Assembly: GCA_028534125.1 (NCBI GenBank)
Contig: CM052824.1
Coordinates: 50,406,001 to 50,470,000, forward strand
From: Lama glama
Lineage: Eukaryota
Direction: 5' to 3'
Length of the DNA stretch: 64,000 bases
Made by a program: the position numbers and the translations under genes
The notes under the pieces: model-generated
The model's input: the letters and a program-made list of their open reading frames with translations, nothing else
Databases searched by the model: none
Told to the model about the DNA's origin: nothing
Shown here: piece by piece, positions 1 through 12,800 of the stretch
Layout of the letters: every line of letters begins with the position of its first letter
Numbering within the stretch: the first letter of the stretch is position 1

Positions 1-233
1 CTACATATGGAAGCTGTAGTCAGCTTTAGCTGACTCCTTGCCATCAGAAAGGCAAAAAAGCTTTTCTCCTTCCCTGCTTTTCGTAGTCCTTGGAGGCCTG
101 AGACGGGTGATCAGTGGTGGAGAGCAGTGGAGGGTGGTTCACATTCTTGCAGTTAATTATTTAGATACCTCTGTGCAGGTCTATAGTAATGTTGCCTTTT
201 TTTAATAAAGAACTTTATTTTTTAAAGCAGTTC

Positions 234-356
234 TTTTTGTTTTGTTTTGTTTTGAGGTAATTAGGTTTATTTATTTACTTATTTTATTGGAAGTCTTGGG
301 GATTGAAGCCAGGACCTCAAGCACTACACTCTACCACTGCGCTACACCCTCCTCTC
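234..356 (-). mobile_element. tRNA-derived SINE, camelid vic-1-like
   Basis: Reverse strand reads gggtgtagcgcagtggtagag...gaggtcctggcttcaatcccc then an A-rich tail (A and B boxes). Confidence 0.75.
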
Positions 357-644
357 TTGGATAGCAGACTTTTGAAAGGAAGTTCTTTCTTCAGTGTAAC
401 TATGTTTGCTCAGTGTAGGCTTATATAGGCACTTTATCTTGTGTTTTTTTGGTAGCATTATTATATTTAGGGCTGATCTTCTGTCTCCTAGTAAACAACT
501 AAAAGTTGTTTTCAGGTGACAGTCATTTCAGTGAAACTTTTAGACATGAACAGAATCCCCTCCCTCTCCACCCGAGCACTGGCTGTAGGACCCTAGGCCA
601 CTTCTGCCTACTCTTCAGCCCTCAGTCCTGCTTTGATCTTGCAG

Positions 645-813
645 GTGAGAGCTCAGGCAGCCAGGAGGACCAACTGTGCACAGCTCTGGTGAACCAACTG
701 AACAAGTTTGCAGATAAGGAAACCTTGGTACAGTTTCTGCGTTGCTTCCTCTTAGAGTCCAATTCTTCCTCAGTGCGCTGGCAAGCCCACTGCCTGACAC
801 TGCATATCTACAG
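645..813 (+). CDS. UBR4: UBR4 exon ([10 protein letters not shown]...LTLHIYR)
   Basis: ttgcag|GT acceptor, AG|gtaggg donor. Confidence 0.95.
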
Positions 814-3800
814 GTAGGGTCTGGGGCTTAGTTTTAGCAGACTGCCTGGGTCTGGGGCCAGAGTGGGTGATGTAGTTCTGTCCTGGTTTTACGTTACATA
901 CTCAAGGTCACAGTATCAATGTTTACAGCAATCTGAATCTTCTTGACTATTGCAGATTTCTTCATCGAGTTAACTTTTTTTTTAGCTATTAAACTGATAT
1001 CATAAGCAAGAGATGATCTGTTTTCCACTAAGAAGGCTTGTTTGGAAGTTTGTAAAGTGACCAGGCTTGACCCTTCAGGCTAACAAGCTCAGTTTCTGCC
1101 ACTGAGTAATGTTGGATGGTGGGAGTAGACCACCTCCTGAAGACAGGGAAGGATTGTGCTGCATCTGTTAGGGCTGATTGTGAAAAGAGCAACAGCGCCG
1201 TTCAGACTTAGCCCCTGGTAACGGGAAAATAGATGCAGGTTCCAAACAGTATCTGGGCCTTGTTGATAGATGAAGGAACCTCAGGGTTTTCTGCTACTTG
1301 TAATGTGACCTGTCATTTATCTGCAGAAACTCTAGCAAATCTCAACAGGAGCTCCTGCTAGATCTGATGTGGTCCATATGGCCGGAACTCCCTGCCTACG
1401 GTCGTAAGGCTGCCCAGTTTGTGGACCTACTAGGATATTTCTCCTTGAAAACCCCACAGACGGAGAAGAAGGTAACAGATGATTGATGGTCAGAGAGGTT
1501 AACTTGCCGTGTTTAATCCTTCTCTTGAGTTAAGAACGTTATGACCACCCCACATAGCGGGTACACATATGAAATCTCTTTTAAATATGTATTAAGCATT
1601 CCTAGTATATATGTACCACCTAGATATTATACACTAGCAAATAAATACAGTCTGAATTTGGCTTAGCCGATAAACAGAAGTAGATAGAGTGGGGAAGAAA
1701 ATGCAACTCAGTAAAGTTACTTGGGAAAGAATGTGCTCCTCTGGTTTTCCTGGCAGTCCTGACCACAAATCTAGAGGTGTTTCTGCAGTTCGAGAACCAT
1801 TTCATGGCTTCTCCACAATAATAAAGTTTATCTTCCTCCACAAGAGTGTTAACAGATGGACTGTCCCTAAGATTATAGAAGCTTCTGAAGCAGATAGAAC
1901 CCTTTATAAACGATTAGGCATTAGGCCCAGCTTTGTATGATTCTGAGTGAGAACTGGTACTTCTAGGGCCGTACCAGCTAGAAAGCAGAGGAGAACAGTC
2001 TTTTCCAGGAAGACTTTCCCTTGGGCTTTAACTGTGGTCCTGTATTGACTTCTGTTTTCAGTTGAAAGAGTATTCACAGAAGGCCGTTGAGATTCTGCGG
2101 ACTCAAAACCATATTCTTACCAACCATCCCAACTCCAACATTTACAAGTGAGCTTTGTTCTGCTTTCTTCCTATTTGAAGCTCAGTCAACAGTCCGAGTT
2201 GCTATTTCCACGCTGGTGGGCTCTTACATATGACTCAGCGCACTCCTGTCTAGTTGGTCTTTGAATGCCTCCCTCGTAGCTGGGGCCTTGTGTGCAGATG
2301 GTGCTCAGAATGCAATTGTTGAGTTAGGGTTTGTTAAGCAGTAATTTAAGAAAGTCTCTGGTTTCAAGGGTCCAAGTCTAAATCACACAAGCCAGGTTTA
2401 CAGAAAATGACTGCATTAAAGAAAAACTCTGAGAATGTTTATTGAACTGTCAGTTTGTCATGTCTCTGGTTTATTAGTGACTATTCTCCCCCACCCCAGA
2501 CTTTATTGAGGAATAATTTATACACAACAGAATTTACCTATTTCAAATATGCAATTCAGTGATTTTTAGTAAGTTTAACTGTGACTATTCTCTGAGTCAA
2601 ATTTTAACGTAACTTTCTAGGATTCCCCTGATCTCACGACAGTCCAGAAGTAGGAACGTCTATCAGTTGACATTTTCTTCCTGTGACTTGTAAACCCTGC
2701 TGGGATTTCTCCCATTTCCTTGTTCTGACTAGAGTGGGGCTTGCCTTGGGGAGTATTGAGCCCTGGTTTTCTATTTCCTGGCTTCTTTGTGAAGCTCTGT
2801 GCCTTCTGTAATGAAAATGTCCTCATGCTGAGACTGTTTTCCTCCTCAGCACCTTGTCTGGCTTAGTGGAATTTGATGGCTATTACCTGGAGAGTGACCC
2901 CTGCCTGGTGTGTAATAATCCAGAAGTGCCGTTTTGTGTAAGTGTCATCTTTAATGTGGACGATCTTGGGGCTTATAGGGCCAGGGGGTTTCTTGTTTCC
3001 AGTTCGTTACTGCACAGGTGTTCCTCTCCTGATAGCCGGTCACCAGTGGTGTGAAGCCTTGCCTGCCATCCTACTGCAAACAGAAACTTCATCCATGGGT
3101 GAAGAGTGGGTTCTACTGATGAGTTTTGAAGAGAGCAGGATGAGCCATTGACCTTGAACTAACACAGTGTTTTCTGTGTACTTTTGTNNNNNNNNNNNNN
3201 NNNNNNNNNNNNNNNNNNNNNNNNNNNNNNNNNNNNNNNNNNNNNNNNNNNNNNNNNNNNNNNNNNNNNNNNNNNNNNNNNNNNNNNNNNNNNNNNNNNN
3301 NNNNNNNNNNNNNNNNNNNNNNNNNNNNNNNNNNNNNNNNNNNTACAACAACCGAACTGTGCAGGCCATCGTGGAGCTGAAAAACAAGTACGGGCTTCGC
3401 GGGAGTGGGCCGGGCAGCAGGCTCGGGAGGGGCGTGGGCAGGGGCAGCAGGCGCTAGAGGCTTAACATGGCTGTCGGCTCCGGTGGCTGGGGTCCGGTGC
3501 CGCGCTGCTTTGGTCCTGGCTGAGGGTCTGAAGTAGATGCCAGTTCTTGAGGATGCTGATGAAGATCACCTTGAAGTTGTGTCCTGTAGCGCCCTCGGGG
3601 TCTCAGCTCTCACAGCCTGCTCGTGTTAACTGGAGCAGTCCTAGTTTCTCTATAAAACCTTCTGTGTGGGAGGTAGGCGGCGTTGTCTTGGATTAAGACG
3701 CTGTTCTCTTGCTCGCAGAGCAGGTGATATTTCTCAAAAACCTTCTCTAATGCAGAGTCCTCCCACTTCTGCATGGTGCCTTCCCTCTGTACATGTCGAT

Positions 3801-6800
3801 GCTGGATCTTTCTTGCTCATGTGTTCCACTGTTTGAATGGAGGCCTGTCATTTATGGGCCAGAGAGGAGACCAGCATGGGTTGTAGTGTTGACTCTTATG
3901 GAGACCAAGCTCTTGGTGTTGAAGACTCAGGCATTGCTGTTGGGCAGAGAACACAGACAGATGTTACTTGACTGTTAAGACCTCCAGTGAGAGCGCTGTT
4001 CTCTGTGTAGGAGTGTTGGTGGAATTCTGAGAGGAGGCACAAAGCCAGCATATACCATGTGAGCAGATGGCCGCCTCGAGCTCTGCTTAAAGGAAGTTTT
4101 CTCTTTGTCCTTTGAAAAGCAGAGTTAACACTGGTGACCTGCAAGCAGAAGCTGCTCATGGGGACGACCCAGTCCCTCTGGAGAAGGTGGATTTGTGTAG
4201 AGTCAGCACAGCTGCCGGGAAAGCCCTCAGACTCTGAAATGAGACTGTGGATTCACATCCCAGTTCAACTCCCTATCTCTCCAACCTTGGAGAATTTACG
4301 TAGTCTCAGTTTCCTTAACTATCAAATGGAGAGAAGTCTATTTTCAGGGTGTTATTTTTAGGATTAAATGTGTTAGTATATGTGAAGTGCTGAGAACAGA
4401 GCCTGGCATATATTAAGTGCTCATCTAAAATGTTAGTTCTGATTGTATTAATGTAGTTACCTCTAAAGTATTACTACATGCCTTTTCTCTTTCTGACTCT
4501 ACTTAGCACTTCGTCTGGATCCTGGTATGTCCCTCTGCCTCTAAAGCAACCTGAGTTTTATCCTTCTAAGGTAGTTGTCGTGGTGGGAGCTTAAGGCAGT
4601 CATTGTCATGGTACCTCTTTGGATTATAGGTTTTATTGTGGCATATTTTTGGAGTAATGTGTTCCCTTGATACGCATTCCCTTGCTGTTTTTCTGGAATC
4701 TCAAAAATTATCATATAACATCTTAAAGCACCTGTATATCCTTTTTTTTTTTTTTAATAGAGAAAGGGTAGAGGAAAAAAAGAATTTTAATTAGGTTACT
4801 TTTGTTTGCCAGATTTCCATTTCTTAGAATAACTATTGCCTTAGAAGAATAGATAGGTAGGGACAGTCCTCTCTTCGTCTCATCAGACCAGTGTTGCTGA
4901 GGGTCACACGAGAGGCTCTCAGACCCTCAGCCCCTCTGTCTGACACTGTCTCTCATAGGCCGGCTCGCTGGCACAAAGCCAAGAAGGTTCAGCTGACCCC
5001 TGGACAGACGGAGGTGAAAATCGACCTGCCTTTGCCCATTGTGGCCTCCAACCTGATGATTGAGTTTGCAGACTTCTATGAAAACTACCAGGCCTCCACA
5101 GAGACCCTGCAGTGCCCACGCTGTAGTGCCTCTGTCCCTGCCAGCCCAGGGGTCTGTGGCAACTGTGGGGAGAACGTCTACCAGTGTCACAAGTGCAGGT
5201 GAGTGAGTGGTTGTTGCCCAGGCCACGTACATCCCTTACATTTGTCTATGAGTCTCGCTGTGGGCAGTTTCAGTGTCCGGTGCTCTCTTAGTAATTAGAG
5301 GATTGTGGGGTATGTAGAATGGTAAGTTCAAGGGTGGAGAGAAGAGGGAGGGAGGAAGGGGAAGGATGGGAGGGTGTGTGTGTGTGTGCATGCATGCTGG
5401 TGCCCATCCTGTGGTGAGTGGTGGGGGGTGTCCCTAAGTTTAGTTCTGGGTCCCCCGTTCTTGTTACCTAGTTGCCTCAGTCATCCTCACCTGTTTGCTG
5501 CTGTCCCTCTAGTCATCCCTGCAGTAGTTTCCAGAGTGCAGATGGGGCATAGTCTGTCTCCTCGCCACCAAACCTCTGCTGTCCGCCTGACCCAAACACT
5601 GGTTTTTCAGATCCATCAACTATGATGAAAAGGATCCCTTCCTGTGCAACGCCTGTGGCTTCTGTAAATATGCTCGCTTTGACTTCATGCTCTATGCCAA
5701 GCCTTGCTGTGCAGTGGATCCCATTGAGAATGAGGAGGACCGGAAGAAGGTGAGGCCATGTCTGTCCTAGACTCAGGAAGGTGGCTTTGATCTGAGCTGT
5801 GGGCCCAACTGGTATGGGGAGCGTGCTTTTCCTTCTAGCTCAAGCCTTCCTCAACTCAGCACTGTTTTCAAGGCTTGGCTTTTGTGTGGCAATGAATAAG
5901 GCATATAGGAACACATGCTTTGTAGAGGATCTTGGAGACGTGTTGGTTGGTAATTAAGCTAGAATATCTATCTCATAGGGCAAATAACCTTAGATTTGGG
6001 AAGGCAGATAGAAGTTGGGTGGCTTGCCCTGCATTTGTTCCACAGCCTGCTTCAAATTGCAGCTCCTAGCCTACCCCAGTGTTAGCTTGTCTAGGGGCTG
6101 GTTCTCAGCCAGCACGATGTGGTGGGTCTGGATGTCAGAGGTCACTGAAAAGGGGGAACTGTTGGGATGGTCACCAGAAGCAGCTTGGGAAAGAAAAAGA
6201 ACATCTGGCTTTGGAGTTAGAAGGACAGAAGTTCCAGTTCCACCCGTGCTTTTTAATACTGTGCAATCTGGCAAAAGTGACTTCTCTTAGCGTTGTTTGT
6301 TTATATGTGTATTGTATACATTGTATGTTATTAAAAAAACAAAAACAGACATACCCACCCACAGGATTTCTGTGAAGAATAGCAATAGTGTGAAACAGTA
6401 CCTGACGTATAGGCAGTGCTCAGTGATGGCTGGCAGTTCAGGTGACTCAGAGGAGAATCCTTCATGCACTCCCTGTCTCTTCCCGGCTAGGCGGTTTCCA
6501 GCATCAACACGCTTCTGGACAAAGCCGATCGAGTGTATCATCAGCTGATGGGACATCGCCCACAGCTGGAGAGCCTGCTCTGCAAAGTGAACGAGGCAGC
6601 GCCTGAAAAGCCGCAGGTAACCCCCAGCTGGAGGGGCATCTAGAGACAGTTCTGGATCCCAATCAGAAGACCGGCCCCTAGGTGAGACTGGCTCGAGGTG
6701 GAAGGCTGACAGCTTGCCTCTTGGGTTGCAGGATGACTCGGGAACGGCCGGGGGCATCAGCTCCACCTCAGCCAGTGTGAATCGTTACATCCTGCAGTTG

Positions 6801-9800
6801 GCGCAGGAGTACTGTGGAGACTGCAAGAACTCTTTCGATGAACTCTCCAAAATCATCCAGGTAGAGGAACGCGAGCAGCTGGAGAGAGGGTTTTGTCATG
6901 TGGTATCGATAGTGTTGTCAGAGTAGTTCTGTTGTTCTCATCCAGTAGATCAGCTCTTGGGGTGCCCTCACCTAGTCCAGCCAAAAGGCAGAGCCCGAGT
7001 GGCCCCACCACACAGCTTCTCCCCGACTGCAGTTTCAGGTGCTTAGCAGAGAGCTGAGTTCATTCCAGAAAATCAGAGAATAATGGAGATTATTCAAATT
7101 ATTATAGATCTGTTTTTCTTGACCATTCACAACCAATCTTTTAGGAGAGGGGTTAACTGGTTTTAAAAAAAAATTGGGTGCCAAGATTCGGTTCCCTCTT
7201 TCTCTGCTATACGTGTTGAGGCTAGGAGGGTAGGGCACAACTCCCGGCAGCCCGTGTGGGTCATAACGTGGATGGGTTGTAACAAGCCTCATCCGCATGG
7301 GGTGGAAGGCTGGCCGTGGACAAGAGCAGCCAGCGTCCTTGCCCCGGCTTGCTGGAGTGCCACCTTTGCTACCTGCACGTCATTTCAGACTTTGTTCTTT
7401 ACGAGACAGTGTTACGTGGGAGTTAAGGGCATGTGCCTGTAATCAGAGGCTGAGTTCTAACTGCCGTTTACTCTGGTCCAGCGAACCCCTCTAGGCTTAT
7501 TTCCAACTGTGTAAAACGGGGATGAGATATCTAACTGGTAGGATTATTGAGAAGGTTAAATTAGATAATGCGTGTAAAGTGTTTTCTCAAACCAAAGCTA
7601 ATTTCCAGTTAACGTCCTCTTTCTCCTTATTTTAATTGTTAATTTCTCTCCTCTTTGTCTTTTTTTTCTGCTTAGAAAGTTTTTGCTTCACGCAAAGAGT
7701 TGTTGGAATATGACCTGCAGCAGAGGGAAGCGGCCACTAAATCATCCCGGACCTCCGTGCAGCCCACCTTTACTGCCAGCCAGTACCGCGCCTTATCCGT
7801 TCTTGGCTGTGGCCACACATCCTCCACCAAGTGCTATGGTTGCGCCTCGGCCGTCACCGAACACTGCATCACGCTGCTCCGGGCCCTGGCCACCAATCCT
7901 GCCCTCAGGCACATCCTCGTCTCCCAGGGCCTCATCCGGGAGCTTTTTGACTATAATCTTCGCAGAGGCTCTGCGGCCATGCGGGAGGAGGTCCGCCAGC
8001 TCATGTGCCTCCTGACTCGGTCAGAGCCCACACCCTGGTTACGGGGCTGGTCGTTGCTGCTCACGCTGGGGTTGGGAGCAGTGGCAGTGCTGGGAGCGCT
8101 GCAGGCTGCGAGGGGTTGTGCTCGCTGCCAAGTGGGTTGGCTGGCTCATAAGAGAGGGAAATGTGGGAGATATGCCGGGTATAGACGAGCGAACCTGGGG
8201 AGCGTTTGGAGCCCAGTTTCCTTGTGGGTAGTATATTTGGCTTGCACTTTGTTGGTTCCGGTGAGGTTTCCTGAGGAAAGTTTCTGAGTTCTGGTTGGGG
8301 GGGGGGTGACTGGGCACTTGGACTCAAGACTCCCACAAAAGAAGAGACAGTTAGAGCAGGGGGGCCTGGTGGTTAAGAGCTTGGACTGGATGTGAAAGAC
8401 CCAGTATCTGATACCTTGTACTGTGTGCCTTGGACAAATTACTTAACTTCTCTGAGCCTAAGGTTTCCTTATCTGAAAAATACTGATAATAGCAAATGTC
8501 TTAAAGGCTTGTGGAGAGGATGGAGTAAAGTAAGTCCCATAAGTAATAACTCACATTTGTGGAGGACTTCTCATGTGCTGACACAGCACCCAGAGCTGGA
8601 TGTGGGTTATTTACTGAGTATGTGGCGTAAGTTCTGGGACATGTTAGGTGGTTGGTGAATATTACTTGCTGTATTATTCACTCACTTAACAAATATTTAT
8701 TGGGCACCTGCTGAATGCCAGGCACTGTTCTAGACTCTGAGGATACAGTGGTAGATGAAACAAAGTCCCTGCACTCACGTAGTCTATGTTCTAGAGAGAA
8801 GAATGGCAGGAAACAGATAGTTACACAGTGCAGTGTCAGGAGATGAGATGAAGTGACCCTCATAGCGGTCAGGGTTGCTGTGTAGGATATGGTGGTCAAG
8901 GATGACCCCTGAGAGGATGATACTTGAGCAGACGCCTGCGTGAGGTCAGGGGTCAAGTGCAGATACTGAAGGTGTAAGCTGCATGCAACGGAAATCGCAA
9001 GCAGCAGGCCCAGAGGCGAGGCTGTGCCAGACACGTTGAGGGGCGGTGGCCAGACGGAGGCCTGTGTCGTCAGAGTGAAGGACACCAGTGGGAGAACAAA
9101 GGGGAGGGGAATTAATGAAAGGTCACCAGGGGCCAGATCCTGTAGGGTCTTGTAGGCCACTGTAAGGACTTTGTATTTTATTCAAAACATGTCAGGAAGC
9201 AAGAAAGTGGTATGACATAATTTATGTTTTTTATTAGTATTAATATACATATTATTACAAAGTGGCATGGATGGACAGTGTGGATTCCTTGTGGGAAATG
9301 TAGTGGGGGCAGTTGGGGAAAGTGAGGAAAGACTTGTGACCAAGACTGAGCATATACAGCTAGATTCTGGAGATGATGACCCATTGGACAGTGTCTGCAG
9401 CCTGGGACGTGGACCCAGGAGAAAAGCTCCCATATGTCGCTGCTGCTCTGCCCTCAGTCAGTCTCCTCCTGGGAAGGGCAGCAGTCACATCCCTTTTTAT
9501 TACACAGCAGGGTTTTGTGAGCCTAATGTGTAGTCTTGTCCCTTGTCCCTGGGAAGGCCAGATAGCCCTTGACATTGATTTCCTTTTCTCTGGGCTCCTT
9601 CAAGCAAAGGAGGAACATAGCCAACAGTGAGTAACGGGACTCCTTTCTCTGCTTCTCCAGAGACAATCCAGAAGCCACCCAGCAAATGAATGACCTGATC
9701 ATTGGCAAAGTCTCCACAGCCTTGAAGGGCCACTGGGCCAATCCTGACCTGGTGAGCAGGCCAGCCGTCCCCTCTGACTCCTCCCTCACTCCCCTTCTTC

Positions 9801-12800
9801 CCCCTCGGCTTCCTCCCCGCCAGTCTGCTCGTGACGTTGGCAGAGCTCGCGTCCCAGAATGATTTTCCCAGGTCAGGGCCAACCTCAGAGAGAAAAGAGA
9901 GATGAGTGATCAGCCGTGTGGAGGGTCTCCATCTCTCCCTTCTCTCTCGTGGTCCACCTGCAACCAGACATTTTAGTTCTGAGTCCCTGAATCAGAGCTG
10001 GACATGAGCCCTAGTCCTGGGACTGACCCTCCAGACCCTCTTCTACTCACATTTTTTCCCCTTGGCCTTCTAGGCAAGTAGCCTTCAGTATGAAATGCTG
10101 TTGCTCACAGACTCTATCTCGAAGGAGGACAGCTGCTGGGAACTTCGCTTACGCTGTGGTGAGTTTGGGGGAACATCTGGTTAGCAGCTTTTCAGAGAAA
10201 GAGAGGAGGCTCCTGGGTGCAGTCTTAAGCACAGAGCGGGAGAGGGCAGGGGAAGCTACACTTGGACAGGCTGGCTGTTTAGTGGTCATGACTCTGCCTT
10301 TCTTTCCTGTCCCTAGCACTCAGCCTCTTCCTCATGGCTGTGAACATCAAGACTCCCGTGGTTGTTGAGAACATCACCCTCATGTGCCTGCGGATCTTGC
10401 AGAAGCTGATTAAACCACCTGCCCCAACTAGCAAGAAGAACAAGGTACTGGGCCAAGCGGGACAGCAGGGCAGCAGCCCCCTCAGGCCCTGGCCAGCGCC
10501 TGTCCTGCCTCTTCAAGGCCTCTGCCCACCCTGATCTCCCCTGACCTGGCGGGGGCGCCAATGCTTCCCTTGTGACAGGTCAGCGGCGACCAGTTGAGGA
10601 TTTTGAGACGGAAGTTTTCTTGGAGGAAAGTCAAGAGTAAAGACGAAAAAAAATACATAGAGCAAAGTACCCCACACGTCCACTGAAGGCGAGCGCAAAG
10701 CGCTTAGCCATGGAGGGCTGCCTCTTTCTTCAGTCGCGTCAGGTGATCGTCAGCACTCAGGGGCTCGGTGCTCTTTCCCACCCCTGTTCCTTTTACACGT
10801 GGAGTTTTGTGCAGTGGTGAAGGCCCCGGGCTCTGGGGCAGATTTCTTGGTTTCAAATCCCAGCTCTTCCGTAGACTGGCATTGTGACTTGGGCAAGGTA
10901 CTTAGATTTCTCAGTTACCCCATCTATAAAATGGGAATACAGTTTTCCCCTTGTAGTGCTGGGAAGAATAAATGATTTAATGCAGATTGAGCACTCAGAG
11001 CAGTGTCTGGCCCAGGTTAGTCCTCAATAAATGGTAGTTGTGGCTGTGTGGTGTCGTCTCTGCTAGAATGCTCTCCTTCACTTTGTTAGCTGCTCTTTGG
11101 ATGCCCCATTCCTCTGCTAGGCTGGCTGTGAGCTCTTGGAATCCAGGGACAGTTTCACTAATTGTTTTGTTTGTTTTTGTTTTTGTTTTTTGGTCCAGTG
11201 CATAGCATGGTATCTAGCATATAATAGCCACTTGGTAAATCATTGTTAAGTGAATAAATAAAGCCATTGTTAATCCTAAAATAATGATAGTCCAGCCACA
11301 GATTGACTTGCTTGTACCAGTTTGTAGACTACGCGGGCCGTAGTCCCTTCCCTTGGCCGTGCCTGGGGCTGTCTGCCTCCTATCCACCTCTGTAGTCCTT
11401 GGGCCATTCTGATTCCTGCTCCTCCTTCATGGAATCCCTTGGTGAGAAATGGAGTCTTCATTGCAGGATTCTGTGTGGTAAGCACGAGGGAGGAAGTGGG
11501 ATGGTGAGCCGTGTACTCCCTTTCCTGGTCTGCCTGGACAGTCCTCAGAAAAAGACACGTCTGAGGGATCCTCCTTCCTTCTCTTTGGTCAAAATTTATT
11601 TCCCCTCAGAGCTCATTCCCAGCAAATAAAAATTGGTTCTTGATTGCAAAGAGGAACCGCTTCCGCACGTAACTGTTATTTTTTAAACAGTGTGAGGTGA
11701 AAGATTCCCCCAGGGTTCTTACCCTCTAACCACCGAAGCCCAGTGTCTGTATTCACATTTTGCTTAGTTTTAGCCTAGATTGAGCAGTGGTTCTCAAAGT
11801 TCAGCTCACAGATCCGTAGGTGTTCCCAAGATGATCAGGGAATCTGTGAGGTCAACATTATTTTCATAATTTTCCCAAGATTTTTGGCACTCTTGTGGCC
11901 TTTGTGCTGAGTGCGGAATCAGTGTGGCAGGGCTGCTGGTGCTAAGCGTGAAGAGGTGGGGACGCCCTGCTGGGCTCGGGGCCGTGCTCTTCACTGCCGG
12001 CAGTTTCATTCACGAGCATCCTTGATCATGCATTACAAATTAATTTTAGTCAATCTTGGCGCTTGAGTACCAGTCTTTTTAACATTCAGTGTGACAGTGT
12101 GTGAGGTACGCAGACAGTCTTCTGTGACGTGCTGAGGTGCAGTGGGCATCCTGGGGGAAAGCACTTGTGTGACTGGGGTGCAGGGTGGACCAGCTGCTTA
12201 TTTCATGGAACCTCATTTGTGCTCATAGAACGACTGATGGGTGAATTGTGAATTGTGGTTATTCAGAATTGGGTACTTGGCAGACATTTTCTTGAAAAGT
12301 GAATGAAGTGAACCTGTCACTTAAAGAGGAATTGACGTAACTCAGTGAACCAGTGTTATGCAAATGACCAGGGCAGGTTACTGAATCATGCATCAGCAGA
12401 GGATGAATTTTAGTGGAATGGAATATGAAACATTTATTGATTGATTTCAGATTCCACATTCCCGCCAACCGTTAAGAACCTGTACTTTGTTGAATTTTTG
12501 ATTTACTATCAAAAATCAAAATTAATTTAAAAACCTATTAAAATACTCTCTTTTTTCCAACTGTGTATCTGTGTGAGGCTGGATATTTTTTGTATTCCAC
12601 AGCTAAAACAATGTATCACAGCAGTTTGAACTCAGAAGCAGGTATAAGAATCCAGCTGTCCTATAAAGGTAGTCATTAAGTGATTTACAAAATATGAAAC
12701 AGTGCCACTCCTTTCTCTAGATTATTTTTGTTTTGGAAAATATAAAAAAAGTCATTTAGGTTGACAGGTATGGATTTGTTCTTAAATGAATTAGTAATAT

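Noticed and set aside
9605-9633. Donor-like ACA|gtgagt just upstream of the 9661 acceptor
   Set aside because: Would leave a 33-nt intron, too short for mammalian splicing
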